Source: an uncultured Anaerolineae bacterium
Lineage (GTDB): Bacteria > Chloroflexota > Anaerolineae > SSC4 > Amarolineaceae
DNA: 46,136 bases
Direction: 5' to 3'
Assembly (NCBI GenBank): GCA_964642445.1
Contig: CAZXQZ010000004.1
Location: 1 to 46,136 of the forward strand
Positions 25,700-36,181 of this stretch are shown here, piece by piece. Position 1 is the stretch's first letter. Each line of letters begins with the position of its first letter. The notes under the pieces were generated by a model. It saw only the letters and a list, made by a program, of their open reading frames with translations. It did no database searches and had not been told where the DNA came from. The translations under genes and the position numbers were made by a program.

Positions 25700-26746
25700 T
25701 CAATGGATGGCGATGACGTCATCGATTGCTTCCAACACTGCGCGCGCCTCGATGGCACGCACACACGGATGCTGCGGCAGCTCGGCAGCACCAAAATCGA
25801 GCCGGTTGCATGGCACACAAGCCCAGTCCGACGTGAGGACCCGGTGGCGTGCCGGGTCACCCCAGGGGCCAAAGGTCGATGCCGCGACGGGGCCGTACAG
25901 GTGCACCGTCGGGGTGCCCACTGCCACGGCCACATGCATCGGCCCGCTGTCCAGGCCCACTGCCAGGCGGCTCTGCTGCATGAGGGCTGCCAGCTGATCC
26001 AGGTCGGTGGCTCCAACCAGCGTATGCACAGGGCTATGAACCTGGCTGGTGATGACGGCCACCAGGTCCTGTTCCGCAGGACTGCCGGTCAAGACCACCG
26101 GCAGCCCACGATTCCGCAGCCCGTCGATCACTGCGGCCCAGGCCGCTGCCGGCCACAGTTTGACTGGTGCGCCCGCGCCGGGGTGGATGACGGCGTAGGG
26201 TTGTTCGGTCAGGCCGGCGGCCGCCCGCCACGTGTGTACCCATGCCTGGGCGGCCGCTGTGACGGCAACGGTGAGCCGGGCCGGTGCGGTACAAGGCTGG
26301 CCGGTGGCCGCTTCGATCAGGGCCAGGTTCTGTGTCACTTCGTGGCGGCCAGCCTGATAGGGCACGGCATGTGTCAGAAACGGCTCACATTCTGCCACGG
26401 CGTAGCCGATCCGCTGGGGGACACTGGCCAGCTGCGCCAGCCAGGCGCCCCACCAGTGGTCGAAGCGCAGCACGATGGCCAGGTCGAAGCGGTCGGCGCG
26501 CAGGCGCTGTGCAGTGCGCCAGAGCAGCTGGTACGGCTGCCAGGGGCGCTGACCCGCCTGACGCGTGAATCCGGGAAACGGCAGGGTGCGCAGCTCGTCG
26601 ATGGCGGTGCTGTGCTGCAAGATGCCGGCACCCCAGGGGCCGACGAGGGCGGTGATGTGGGCGGTGGGCCAGGCGGTACGCAGGGCGTGCAGGGCTGGTG
26701 TACAGAACAGGACGTCACCCAGGTGGTCGGGCCGCATCACCAGCAC
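25700..26746 (-). CDS. glycosyltransferase family 9 (heptosyltransferase-like)
   Basis: N-terminal VLVMRPDHLGDVLFCTPAL and C-terminal GLDSGPMHVAVAVGTPTVHLYGP are GT9 signatures. The start is ambiguous, with the ORF extending to 26974. Confidence 0.7.
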   Translation of the reverse strand: MLVMRPDHLGDVLFCTPALHALRTAWPTAHITALVGPWGAGILQHSTAIDELRTLPFPGFTRQAGQRPWQPYQLLWRTAQRLRADRFDLAIVLRFDHWWGAWLAQLASVPQRIGYAVAECEPFLTHAVPYQAGRHEVTQNLALIEAATGQPCTAPARLTVAVTAAAQAWVHTWRAAAGLTEQPYAVIHPGAGAPVKLWPAAAWAAVIDGLRNRGLPVVLTGSPAEQDLVAVITSQVHSPVHTLVGATDLDQLAALMQQSRLAVGLDSGPMHVAVAVGTPTVHLYGPVAASTFGPWGDPARHRVLTSDWACVPCNRLDFGAAELPQHPCVRAIEARAVLEAIDDVIAIH

Positions 26747-26921
26747 ACGTTGCGGCGATGCGATCGTGCCGGCAGCCGTGCGGCCGCGACCGGATGGCCC
26801 CAGGGCCCACAGCACGGCCAGGCGGGTCTGCTGTCGCGGCGTGCGCGACGGGCGCCGGAGGTTGTCCGCGCGGTGCTGGGCGGCCAGGGCCTGCTGTTGG
26901 GCTGGTGGCCACTGCAGGGGG

Positions 26922-28217
26922 TCACTCACACCCGCCACCTGCCGCCGGCTGGCTCGATATGCACGGCGGGGCACCGGTCGGAAAGAGGGCTTCGAGGCGG
27001 GGCACGATCCGGTCCCAGTCGTAGTGTGTCACGGCGTGGGCCTGCGCCTGGCCGCCCAGGCGCGACCGCAAGGCCTCATCCAACAGCAGACGCACCACCG
27101 CGGCGGCAAACGATGAAGCATCATCGGCGATGAGCATCTCCTGGCCATCGACGACGTCGATGCCTTCGATGCCCAGCGCAGTCGAGACGATTGCTTTGCC
27201 CATGGCCATGGCTTCCAGCGCCTTCAGGCGTGTTCCGCTGCCCATGCGGAACGGCAGGATGCAGACGGCCGCAGCAGCCAGGTAGGGTCGCACGTCTGGC
27301 ACGCGCCCGGTAAGCGTGATACCCGCCCGGCCGCGCAGCACGTCGAGACGGGGGTGCGGCTGCTGGCCAACCACCACGAGGTGGGCGTGCGGCAGCCGGG
27401 TCTGCACCTGCGGCAGGATCTGATCGGCAAACCACAGCACAGCGTCGACGTTGGGACGGTAGTCCATTTTGCCGGTGAAAACCAGGGCCAGCGGCGGTAG
27501 TCCGGCCAATGGCTCGACCACGCCGGGCGCATAGGTTTGCAGGTCCACCCCGTTAGGAACGACCGTCACGGGCAGGGAGGGCACCAGGGCCTGCAGTGCC
27601 GCGGCATCGCGTGGTGAGACGGTCACAACGTGATCGGCCTGCCGGCATACCAGCGCTTCGTACGCGCGCAGCTTCTGCCATTGGATGAAGGAGTACGCCG
27701 CACCGGGCCAGCGCCTGGGCTGGCGCGCATCGGTGAGGGCCACTCGCTGCTGCAGCCGGTACTCGGCGTTGTGGTCGTCGAAGATCAGAAAGGGGGCGCC
27801 GGCCGCCGGGCTGCTGCGCCAAACCGGCTGGTTCTGCAGCCACAAGGCATACGGGGCCATCTCGATGCCTTCCACCTGCACGACATCGTAGGCGGTGCTG
27901 GCAACCCAGTCCCCAAGCCGGGCTGCGAAATGATCGACGCCGGCCAGGCGCAGGGCCATGTCGGGTAGACGACTGCCGAGCGTCGTGCGCAGCCGCTGTG
28001 ACGGGGTGCGCGGCGGTGGTGCGGGCACCGCGGCTACCCGACGGCAGAGATCGACCAGCGGTGTGGCGGCGACCGGCGGGTCATTGCTTGCCTGCAGGCT
28101 CAAGACGTCGACCTGGTGACGCGCCGCCAGGCCGCGAATCAGGTTAAAATTACGAATCGTGGTACCCTGGTGGGGTGGATAGGGTAGCTGGGGTGTGAGC
28201 ACCAGGATGTGGGCCAT
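26922..28217 (-). CDS. glycosyltransferase family 4
   Basis: Begins MAHILVLTPQLPYPPHQGTTIRNF. The C-terminal EGFGLP-like motif is replaced by MGSGTRLKALEAMAMGKAIV. Start chosen at MAHIL. Confidence 0.7.
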   Translation of the reverse strand: MAHILVLTPQLPYPPHQGTTIRNFNLIRGLAARHQVDVLSLQASNDPPVAATPLVDLCRRVAAVPAPPPRTPSQRLRTTLGSRLPDMALRLAGVDHFAARLGDWVASTAYDVVQVEGIEMAPYALWLQNQPVWRSSPAAGAPFLIFDDHNAEYRLQQRVALTDARQPRRWPGAAYSFIQWQKLRAYEALVCRQADHVVTVSPRDAAALQALVPSLPVTVVPNGVDLQTYAPGVVEPLAGLPPLALVFTGKMDYRPNVDAVLWFADQILPQVQTRLPHAHLVVVGQQPHPRLDVLRGRAGITLTGRVPDVRPYLAAAAVCILPFRMGSGTRLKALEAMAMGKAIVSTALGIEGIDVVDGQEMLIADDASSFAAAVVRLLLDEALRSRLGGQAQAHAVTHYDWDRIVPRLEALFPTGAPPCISSQPAAGGGCE

Positions 28218-28240
28218 GCGTACCGGTCCGTTTGCCGGGC

Positions 28241-29395
28241 TCAGGACAGCGAGCCATTGGCGACGGGCTGGTTGGCCGCGGTCCCGTGCACAACCTGGCG
28301 GTAGACATCGAGGGTGCCGCGTGCCGCTCGCTCCCACGAAAAACGGCGGGCACGTTTGTAGCCTTTCTGCTGAAGCTCATACCAAAGCGTCTCGTCAGTC
28401 AGCACACGCCACAGGGCAACCGTCAGCCCTTCGACATCCTGGGGCGCCACCAGCAGCGCTGCGTCACCGACGACTTCGGGCAGACTGGATAGGTTAGACA
28501 CGATGGCTGGCGTGCCGCAGGCCATCGCTTCCAGGGGCGGGATGCCAAATCCTTCGTAGAATGAGGGGTAGGCCAGGCAGCGTGCCGCGTTGTAGAGCAG
28601 CACCAGGTCGCTGTCCTCGACCGATCCCAGGAAAAGGCAGCGTCCCTGGAGGTTCAACTCGTTGACCAGGTCGTACGCCTCTTGCGACAGCCAACCGCGG
28701 GCGCCGGCCAGCACGAGGGTGATGTCGAGTTTGTAATTGTCCAGCAGGCGGCGAAAGCTGCGCAGCAGACCCTGGACATTCTTGCGCGGCTCGATGGTGC
28801 TGACGAACAGAATGAATTCGTCGGGTACCGGGTGGCGGGCGCGCACCTGGGTCAGCGCCTGCTGCCGGTCCATCGGGCGGAAGATCGGGTTGGCTGCTTC
28901 GTAAATGACGCTGATCTTCTTCTCGTCGACCCCCAGCAGGTTGATGATATCGCGCCGCGTGCTCTTCGACACGGCGATGATGTGGTCGGCGGCGTGAACT
29001 GCCCGGTCGATCTGCCCGTAGTAGCGTGCGCTGTCCTTGGTCAGGAAATGCGGAAAGTGGAGGAAGGCCAGGTCGTGAATCGTAATGACCGATTTGCAGC
29101 CACGGGGCAGGCGTGCCGGTGGAATGAAATCGGTGCTGTGCAGAACATCGAGGCCCAAACCCGAGATCTCGAAACTGAGCGCGTATTTCTCCAGCCAATG
29201 ATGCGATGGGGTGCGAATGGGTACACGGCGAAAGTTCGCCTGTGGGGTGAATATGGCCTGGTCCTTGACGTGCTGCAGGATGAGAAACTCATCCTCGCTG
29301 TTCAGGGTTGCCAGTGCTTGCGTGAGACGCAGCGTGTACTGGCCGATGCCAGCTCGTGTGTAATGCGTAATTCGTGCATCAATTCCAATGCGCAT
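28241..29395 (-). CDS. glycosyltransferase family 4
   Basis: Begins MRIGIDAR. C-terminal [21 protein letters not shown]. Confidence 0.8.
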   Translation of the reverse strand: MRIGIDARITHYTRAGIGQYTLRLTQALATLNSEDEFLILQHVKDQAIFTPQANFRRVPIRTPSHHWLEKYALSFEISGLGLDVLHSTDFIPPARLPRGCKSVITIHDLAFLHFPHFLTKDSARYYGQIDRAVHAADHIIAVSKSTRRDIINLLGVDEKKISVIYEAANPIFRPMDRQQALTQVRARHPVPDEFILFVSTIEPRKNVQGLLRSFRRLLDNYKLDITLVLAGARGWLSQEAYDLVNELNLQGRCLFLGSVEDSDLVLLYNAARCLAYPSFYEGFGIPPLEAMACGTPAIVSNLSSLPEVVGDAALLVAPQDVEGLTVALWRVLTDETLWYELQQKGYKRARRFSWERAARGTLDVYRQVVHGTAANQPVANGSLS

Positions 29396-29622
29396 CAGCG
29401 TGGCAGTTCTCCGTCCGAATCCAGGGCACGCTCATCGAGCCAGCATGGCGCCAGTGCCAATCCGTGGCATTGCAGGTGTGGAGCATCGTTGAATCTTACC
29501 ACTGGCACGGCACTCCGTCAAAGATTGGTGATTACTCACGAATGTTTTACGATCGCCAGTGGACGTAATTGGTGCCGATCGATGCCGCCACGGACAAGAG
29601 CGCAGTGTTGCGCGGGTCACCA

Positions 29623-29651
29623 TTGGCGAGCGCGCAGAACCATGCTATAAT
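29623..29651 (+). promoter_or_regulatory. sigma70-like promoter TTGGCG-17-TGcTATAAT
   Basis: A consensus -10 with an extended TG. It lies 40 nt upstream of the ATG at 29692. Confidence 0.4.
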
Positions 29652-29691
29652 GCGTTCCCAGTACGCGACTATGAATCGAGGCAAAGAGCGG

Positions 29692-30885
29692 ATGGATACA
29701 ACTCAAATTGCGCAGATGGTGACCTGGCTCGACGAAGAGCATCGCCGAGACCGGGGCGAGGTGGCCAAACTCCAGCAGCGCATCGAAAGCCAGAGCGTCG
29801 AGATCCTGGAACAAGCACGACGTATTCAGGAACTGGAAGGACGCCTCGCCAGCACACAGGCACAGCTGGTGCGATTCACCCAGATCGATGAGCAGATGCA
29901 GCAGCTGAAGAACGAAGTGGTGTTGATGTTGCATAAACGCGACGAGCAGCTCGAGGCGGATACCCGCGAGCGCGAACGGTCGCGCGCAACCGATCGCGAA
30001 GCGACGGCGCGCGGCCTGGGCGAGGTCCGCAAAGAACTGAACCGGTTCGGCCGCATCGAGGAAGAGCTGGCGCTGCGCCGCTCCGAAGACCAACGGCTGA
30101 GCGAGCTGGTGATCAACTTGCGTCAGCAGGTCACAACGCTCAGCAAAGACATCGACGAACGCACCCGCAGCCTGCCCTACATGGTCGAGCAACGCACCCA
30201 GGACAACAAACGGATTGCCCAGCTGCAGCAGGAGACGGTCGAGCTGTTCAAGCGTATCGAGGAGCATGCCAACAAACTGCCCCCGGTACAGGAGCGGTTG
30301 CAGAAGGTCGAACGGGTGATCACCAGCATCCAACCGATCCCCCAGGACCTCAAGCGCGAACAGCAGCAGTTCATCGAACAGATGAGGCTGACCGACGTGG
30401 AGCGGGCACGCGAGATCGCCGCCTGGCACGATGAGATCGATGCGCAGCGCGAGACCATCACCCGGCACAAGGAATCTCTGCAGGCATTTGCCGAGCAGTT
30501 GGACGTCAGCAAACGTGCGGTGGCGACCATCGAAGGATTCCAGCAGGCGATTCAGCGCGACATGCATCAGCTGACCGAGCTGCAGCGGTTGTCCGAAGAG
30601 CGCCAGCAGAAAGAAATCGAAACCTGGCTGGCCGAAAACGAAAAACGTTGGAAACGCCAAATCTTGCAGTGGGAGCACGACACCCAGGAGCAGCAGAAGG
30701 TCAACAAAGCCCTGGGCACGCGCTTTCCACCCCTCGAGGAACGGCAGCGTGTCCACGAGGGCCAAATCCAGAAGCTTTGGAGTATGCATGAGATGGAGGG
30801 ACTGCAGCGTATTGCCGATGCGCAGCGCTGGCTGGCTCAGCTGGAAGAGCTGCTCAAAGACCGGATGGCGTCGAAGCATGCGTGA
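29692..30885 (+). CDS. hypothetical all-coiled-coil protein, translationally coupled to selB
   Basis: About 398 aa of uninterrupted heptad-rich Glu/Gln/Arg/Leu sequence with no transmembrane segment. Its stop lies 10 nt before the selB ATG. A 12-nt direct duplication GAAGCATGCGTG spans the junction. Confidence 0.6.
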   Translation: MDTTQIAQMVTWLDEEHRRDRGEVAKLQQRIESQSVEILEQARRIQELEGRLASTQAQLVRFTQIDEQMQQLKNEVVLMLHKRDEQLEADTRERERSRATDREATARGLGEVRKELNRFGRIEEELALRRSEDQRLSELVINLRQQVTTLSKDIDERTRSLPYMVEQRTQDNKRIAQLQQETVELFKRIEEHANKLPPVQERLQKVERVITSIQPIPQDLKREQQQFIEQMRLTDVERAREIAAWHDEIDAQRETITRHKESLQAFAEQLDVSKRAVATIEGFQQAIQRDMHQLTELQRLSEERQQKEIETWLAENEKRWKRQILQWEHDTQEQQKVNKALGTRFPPLEERQRVHEGQIQKLWSMHEMEGLQRIADAQRWLAQLEELLKDRMASKHA

Positions 30886-30895
30886 GGGATGAAGC

Positions 30896-32815
30896 ATGCG
30901 TGTCATCGGTACCGCCGGCCACGTCGACCACGGCAAATCAACGCTGGTTCTTGCCCTGACCGGCATCGATCCTGATCGGCTTAAAGAAGAAAAAGCGCGC
31001 GAGATGACCATCGATCTCGGCTTCGCCTGGCTGACGCTGCCCGGCGCACAGGGTGAGCCGGAGCGGGTCGGAATTGTCGACGTGCCCGGGCACATCGATT
31101 TCATCAAGAACATGCTGGCCGGCATCGGGGGTATCGATGCCGCCCTGTTGGTGATTGCAGCCGACGAAGGGGTCATGCCGCAGACGCGCGAGCACGTCGC
31201 AATCCTGGACCTGCTGCAGGTGCCGGGCGGGGTCGTTGCCCTGACCAAAACCGACCTGGTCGAAGACGAGGAGTGGTTGTGGCTGGTGCAGGACGAGGTT
31301 CGCGAGGTGCTCAAAACGACCGTGCTGCGCGCCGCACCGATCGTGCCGGTGTCGGCACGGAAGCAGCAAGGGCTGGACGCGCTGCGCCAGGCCCTGGCGA
31401 CGACCCTGGCCCAGATCCCGGCACGGCTGAATCGGGGGCGGGCGCGCCTGCCGGTCGATCGTGCCTTCAGTATGGCCGGTTTTGGCACCGTCGTCACCGG
31501 CACCCTGCTCGATGGCGACCTGCGCGTGGGCGACGAAGTCGAAATCCTGCCGGCCGGTTTGACGGCGCGCGTACGCGGCTTGCAGGCACACAAAGAGAAG
31601 ATCGAAACGGCTCACCCCGGCAGCCGGGTAGCGGTCAACCTGAGCGGTGTCCATCCCGACCAGGTGCCGCGCGGGCAGACGCTCAGCCTGCCCGGGACGC
31701 TGCACAACAGTTATCTGCTCGACCTGCGCCTCCATCTGCTGCCCGGCGTGGCACCGCTCAAACACAACCAGTTGGTCGATTTCTTCAGCGGCGCGGCCGA
31801 AGTGCCGGCCTACGTCAGGCTGCTGGACAGCGAGCGCCTGGAACCGGGAACCGACGGCTGGGTGCAGTTGCGCCTGGTCGAGCCGCTGGCCCTGCTGCGC
31901 GGCGATCATTTCATCATCCGCCAGCCCTCGCCCAGCCATACCCTGGGCGGCGGCCTGGTGGTCGATCCCCGGCCAGCCCGGCGCTGGCGCCGCATGCGCG
32001 CTGATGTGATTCGCCGGCTGGAAACGCTCCAGCACGGCACACCCGGCGACATCTGGCTGCAAGCACTCATGCGCGAAGAACCGTCCACCCCGCGCACGGT
32101 CGATGCGCGCAGCGGCCTGCCGGCTGGCAGCGCCCATGCCGCCTGGCAAGAGGTGGTGGCGCGCGACGACCTGGTGGCGCTCGGCCTGCAAACCAGCCTG
32201 GGACCAGACACGCTGGTGATGTCGCGCGGTGGCTGGAGCCAGGTTACCGATCAGCTGCTGGCGATCCTGGCGGACTATCACCGTAGCTACCCCCTGCGGG
32301 CGGGCATGCCGCGCAGCGAACTAAAGTCGCGCCTGGACCAGGGCCGGCGAACCGCCCTGGCGGCACGCGCGTTTGCGGATATTCTCGCCCGTGCCGCCGA
32401 GGAAGGCTTGCTGCACGTCACCGAATCGGTGGTGTACCAGGCAGGGCACCAGGTGACGTTTTCCCCGGCCCAGGAGAAACTGGTGCAGCAGCAGCTGGCC
32501 CTGTTTCGCCGCCAGCCGTTCACCCCACCGGGCATCGACGAGACACGCAGCGTGCTGGGTGACGATGTGCTGGCCGCCCTGTTCGAGCAGGGAAGGCTGG
32601 TCAAACTCAACGATGATGTGGCGCTGGACGCGGCGGCCTATAAAGACATGGTCGATACGATTCGCCAGATTATTCAGCAGGAGGGCAGCGTCACGGTTGC
32701 GCAGGTGCGTGACCGGTTCAACACCAGCCGCAAGTATGCCCTGGCGATCCTGGAGTATCTGGACGCGCAGCGGGTGACGCGGCGCGTGGGAGATGGGCGG
32801 GTGTTGCGATTTTAG
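30896..32815 (+). CDS. selB: selenocysteine-specific translation elongation factor SelB
   Basis: The N-terminal GTPase region MRVIGTAGHVDHGKSTL...DRLKEEKAREMTIDLGFAW aligns to E. coli SelB MIIATAGHVDHGKTTL...DRLPEEKKRGMTIDLGYAY. The 639-aa length includes the C-terminal winged-helix extension. Confidence 0.85.
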   Translation: MRVIGTAGHVDHGKSTLVLALTGIDPDRLKEEKAREMTIDLGFAWLTLPGAQGEPERVGIVDVPGHIDFIKNMLAGIGGIDAALLVIAADEGVMPQTREHVAILDLLQVPGGVVALTKTDLVEDEEWLWLVQDEVREVLKTTVLRAAPIVPVSARKQQGLDALRQALATTLAQIPARLNRGRARLPVDRAFSMAGFGTVVTGTLLDGDLRVGDEVEILPAGLTARVRGLQAHKEKIETAHPGSRVAVNLSGVHPDQVPRGQTLSLPGTLHNSYLLDLRLHLLPGVAPLKHNQLVDFFSGAAEVPAYVRLLDSERLEPGTDGWVQLRLVEPLALLRGDHFIIRQPSPSHTLGGGLVVDPRPARRWRRMRADVIRRLETLQHGTPGDIWLQALMREEPSTPRTVDARSGLPAGSAHAAWQEVVARDDLVALGLQTSLGPDTLVMSRGGWSQVTDQLLAILADYHRSYPLRAGMPRSELKSRLDQGRRTALAARAFADILARAAEEGLLHVTESVVYQAGHQVTFSPAQEKLVQQQLALFRRQPFTPPGIDETRSVLGDDVLAALFEQGRLVKLNDDVALDAAAYKDMVDTIRQIIQQEGSVTVAQVRDRFNTSRKYALAILEYLDAQRVTRRVGDGRVLRF

Positions 32816-32828
32816 ATTCTGGATTGGG

Positions 32829-34472
32829 TTAGTCGAGGTTCCCGTGGACGAGGTGGCCGTCGAGGAGGGTGGCGTCGATTTGGGTGGTGAGGACCTCTTC
32901 GGGATTGATGTGGTAGATGTCGCGTGAGAGAACGACCAGGTCGGCCAGTTTGCCGGGGGTGACCGATCCCTTGATGCTTTCTTCCCCGCTGGCGTAGGCC
33001 GCACCCAGCGTATAGGCGCGCACGGCCTGTGCGACGGTGATGCGTTCCTGCGGAATCCAGCCGTCTTGCCCTGGCGTACCGTCGGCGCGACGGCGCGTGA
33101 TTGCGGCGTGAATCCCTGCCAGCACGTCGAAGGGCTCGACCGGGGCGTCCGAGCCAAACGCAAGCACAGCCCCTGCCTGCGCCACGCTGTGCCAGGCGTA
33201 AGCCCCACGCGTGCGTGCTGTGCCCCAGTGTCGTTCGGCGTTTAGCATATCGGACGTGGCATGAATGGGCTGCATCGATGCCACCAGGCCAGCGCGGGCC
33301 AGCCGGGGCAGGTCGGCTGGATGAATAACCTGCACGTGCTCGACGCGGTGGCGCAGCGGGGGCCAGGGGCGGTTGGGTACCGCCTGCCCGGCCTGCCACT
33401 CCGGTTCGGCACGGCGCACGATCTCGAACGTGTCCAGGACCGCACGATTGGCGCGGTCACCAATGGCGTGCACCATGATGCTGAGCCCTGCCGCACTGGC
33501 ACGCAGCGCCTCCTCGGTGAATTCTTCGGGATCGATCGTGCACACCCCACGCCAGTCCGTTTCCCCCGCATACGGCTCCAGCATCCAGGCCGTGCGTGAA
33601 CCAAGGGCCCCATCAGCGAAGAATTTGACGCCGCCGATGCGCAGCCATTCACTGCCGAACCCGCTCTGGATACCCAGCTCGATGGCTGCTGCCAGGTGCT
33701 CGCGCGGCAGGTTTTGGTTGACGCGCAGCCCCAAGGCGCCCTGGCGCTGCAAGGTCTGGAAAGAGCGCAGGGCCAGGGCCTGCGGTGTGTCGTTGGCTTC
33801 TTGAATGCTCGTAATCCCGGCAGCCCAGGCCAGGGGAGTGGCGGCCCGCAGCGCCGCGCAGCTCTCGTCCAGGTCAGGCCGATCCACGGCATTGTCCAGT
33901 AGTTTGATGGCGTTTTCGCGCAGAATACCGGTTGGTGCACCGCTGACCGGGTCGCGCTCGATGACACCGTCGTCCGGGTCGGGCGTGGCGGCGCCGATAC
34001 CGGCTCGCGCCAGGGCCAGGCTGTTGACCCACACCGAATGCCAGTCGTGGCTGTCCAGCAGCACAGGGTGATGGGGTGTCACGGCGTCCAGCAGGGCACG
34101 GGTGGGGGTGCCTTCGGGCCAGACGTTGGCATCCCAACCCCCGCCGCGAATCCACTGGCCGGGTGCCGTGCGGGTGGCACGCTCTGCCACACGGGAGACC
34201 GCTTCCCCGGCCGAGGTTGCGTCGGCCAGCTCGATCCAATGGCGGCGCAGGGCCCAGCCCACGAAATGGATGTGCGCGTCGTTGAACCCGGGCAGCACCG
34301 TCCGTCCGCCCAGGTCCACGCGGCGGGTGGCCGGACCGGCCAGGTGGGCCAGGTCATCGCCGACGGCCAGGATACGCCGGCCAGCCAGGGCCAGGGCTGT
34401 GGCCACAGGCTGCCGGTCATCCTGTGTGTAGACGCGGGCATTATCCAGCAACAGCGTGGCGGTTGAAGTCAC
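32829..34472 (-). CDS. metal-dependent amidohydrolase (amidohydrolase 3 family)
   Basis: Metal-binding motif NDAHIHF, and a 547-aa amidohydrolase-3 layout. Its start overlaps the parB stop by 4 nt. Confidence 0.8.
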   Translation of the reverse strand: MTSTATLLLDNARVYTQDDRQPVATALALAGRRILAVGDDLAHLAGPATRRVDLGGRTVLPGFNDAHIHFVGWALRRHWIELADATSAGEAVSRVAERATRTAPGQWIRGGGWDANVWPEGTPTRALLDAVTPHHPVLLDSHDWHSVWVNSLALARAGIGAATPDPDDGVIERDPVSGAPTGILRENAIKLLDNAVDRPDLDESCAALRAATPLAWAAGITSIQEANDTPQALALRSFQTLQRQGALGLRVNQNLPREHLAAAIELGIQSGFGSEWLRIGGVKFFADGALGSRTAWMLEPYAGETDWRGVCTIDPEEFTEEALRASAAGLSIMVHAIGDRANRAVLDTFEIVRRAEPEWQAGQAVPNRPWPPLRHRVEHVQVIHPADLPRLARAGLVASMQPIHATSDMLNAERHWGTARTRGAYAWHSVAQAGAVLAFGSDAPVEPFDVLAGIHAAITRRRADGTPGQDGWIPQERITVAQAVRAYTLGAAYASGEESIKGSVTPGKLADLVVLSRDIYHINPEEVLTTQIDATLLDGHLVHGNLD

Positions 34473-35371
34473 GTGCTCTCCCCCAGGATGGCCTCGTAGA
34501 CACTCTGCAGCTCTTCGTCCGAGTAGAAGTGGATCACCAGGCGTCCGCGCCCGCGGCGGTTACGGCTGACATCTACCTTGGTGCCCAACCGGTCGCGCAG
34601 CAACTGCTGCATGGCCTGGACGTGCACGGCCTGCGGATCATCCTCGGCGATCGGCTCGTCCTCTTCGCTGGCAGTGGCCAGGAGCAGGCGCCGTACCAGT
34701 TCCTCTGTTTGACGCACGGTCAGGCTGCGGCGCAGCACCAGGGCCAGCGCCTCCACCTGCAGGTCCTCTTCTTCCAGCCCCAGCAGGGCACGCGCATGGG
34801 CCTCGCTGATTTTGCCGGTGATCAGGGCCTCTTTGACCGGCTCACTCAGACGCAGCAGGCGCAGCGCATTGGTCACCGTGACGCGCGCTTTGCCGACACG
34901 GGTTGCGACCTGGGCCTGGGTCAAACCGAACTCATCCACCAGCATTTTGTACGCGGCCGCCTCTTCCAGGGGGTTCAAGTCGGCACGCTGCACATTTTCC
35001 ACCAGAGCCAACTCCAGCAGCGCCTGGTCGCTAGCTTCTTTGATGACAGCCGGTATCTGCTGCAGACCGGCCAGGCGCGCTGCCCGCCACCGCCGTTCAC
35101 CGGCAATGATGTAGTATACAGGGCCGGTGCCCGTATCATGACCCGGTCCGTGGGTCACCACCAACGGCTGAATCAGGCCATGTTCACGAATCGAATCGGC
35201 CAGCTCTTGCAGCGCCGTGGGATCGAAGCTCTGCCGCGGCTGGCGTGGGTTGGGTGCAATGGCATCGATGGCAATTTCGGACAGGGCCGGTCCGGCGGTG
35301 GTGGGCGCCGCGGGTGTCGTTGGGATCAGGGCACCCAGGCCGCGCCCCAGGCCGCGTTTGGGGTTGTTCAC
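34469..35371 (-). CDS. parB: chromosome partitioning protein ParB/Spo0J
   Basis: GLGRGLGALIP is the ParB box. Confidence 0.9.
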   Translation of the reverse strand: MNNPKRGLGRGLGALIPTTPAAPTTAGPALSEIAIDAIAPNPRQPRQSFDPTALQELADSIREHGLIQPLVVTHGPGHDTGTGPVYYIIAGERRWRAARLAGLQQIPAVIKEASDQALLELALVENVQRADLNPLEEAAAYKMLVDEFGLTQAQVATRVGKARVTVTNALRLLRLSEPVKEALITGKISEAHARALLGLEEEDLQVEALALVLRRSLTVRQTEELVRRLLLATASEEDEPIAEDDPQAVHVQAMQQLLRDRLGTKVDVSRNRRGRGRLVIHFYSDEELQSVYEAILGEST

Positions 35372-36162
35372 GGTTGTTTTGCTCCTGCGATCTGCGCTAC
35401 TACTTCGCGTGCCAGTGCGGTATAGGCGACCGCACCTGGCGAGCGCGGTGCAAAGCTCAAAATCGTCTCGCCAAAGCTGGGGGCCTCACTCAGGCGTACG
35501 TTGCGCGGGATAATGGTTTCGAAAACGGGCACCGGTGCGTGTTCGCGAATCTCGCTGACGACCTGCTGCGACAGGTTGGTGCGCCCATCATACATGGTCA
35601 TCACCAGGCCGCGCACCTTCAGGGTGGGGTTCAAACTGGTGCGCACCAGGTCGATCGTCGACAGCAGCCGGGCCAGGCCTTCCAGGGCGAAGTATTCGCA
35701 TTGGATGGGGACGATGACCCCGCTGCTGGCCGCTGTGAGCGCGTTGACGGTCAGCAACCCCAGGCTCGGTGGACAGTCCAACAAGACGAAGTCGTACGGC
35801 TCCGTCACGTGCTGCAGGAGCGCAGCCAGGGCGCGACGCAGCACGTGCTCACGCGCCAGCGTGGCCACCAGCTCGACCTCTGCTCCAGCCAGGGCCGGTG
35901 TTGCTGGCAGCAGATCGACGCCCACGTGGTAGGTCAGCGTAACCGCCTGCTGCGCCGGCACCTGGTCGATGATCACATCGTACAGGCAGTAGATCAGATG
36001 GTTGGGGTTGATGCCCAGGTGGCTGGTTGCATTGGCCTGGGGATCACAGTCCACCACTAACACGCGCCTATTTTCCGCGGCCAGGCAGGCTGCCAGGTTG
36101 ACCACCGTGGTAGTCTTGCCAACGCCCCCTTTTTGATTGGCAAACGCCAGGACGTGCGTCAT
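35368..36162 (-). CDS. parA: chromosome partitioning ATPase ParA/Soj
   Basis: The deviant Walker A motif NQKGGVGKTTT. Confidence 0.9.
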   Translation of the reverse strand: MTHVLAFANQKGGVGKTTTVVNLAACLAAENRRVLVVDCDPQANATSHLGINPNHLIYCLYDVIIDQVPAQQAVTLTYHVGVDLLPATPALAGAEVELVATLAREHVLRRALAALLQHVTEPYDFVLLDCPPSLGLLTVNALTAASSGVIVPIQCEYFALEGLARLLSTIDLVRTSLNPTLKVRGLVMTMYDGRTNLSQQVVSEIREHAPVPVFETIIPRNVRLSEAPSFGETILSFAPRSPGAVAYTALAREVVAQIAGAKQP

Positions 36163-36181
36163 GCTTGGATGACCTTACCGG

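Noticed and set aside
29617-31593. 658-aa antisense ORF spanning the coiled-coil gene and selB. Similar long antisense or alternate-frame ORFs occur at 12590..13837, 14396..15448, 10552..11565, 25703..27133 and 34424..35425
   Set aside because: High GC suppresses stop codons in non-coding frames. The sense frames give recognisable SelB, glycosyltransferase, RmlA, CapA/CapB and ParB proteins, while the antisense products are Arg/Ala/Gly-rich low-complexity sequences.
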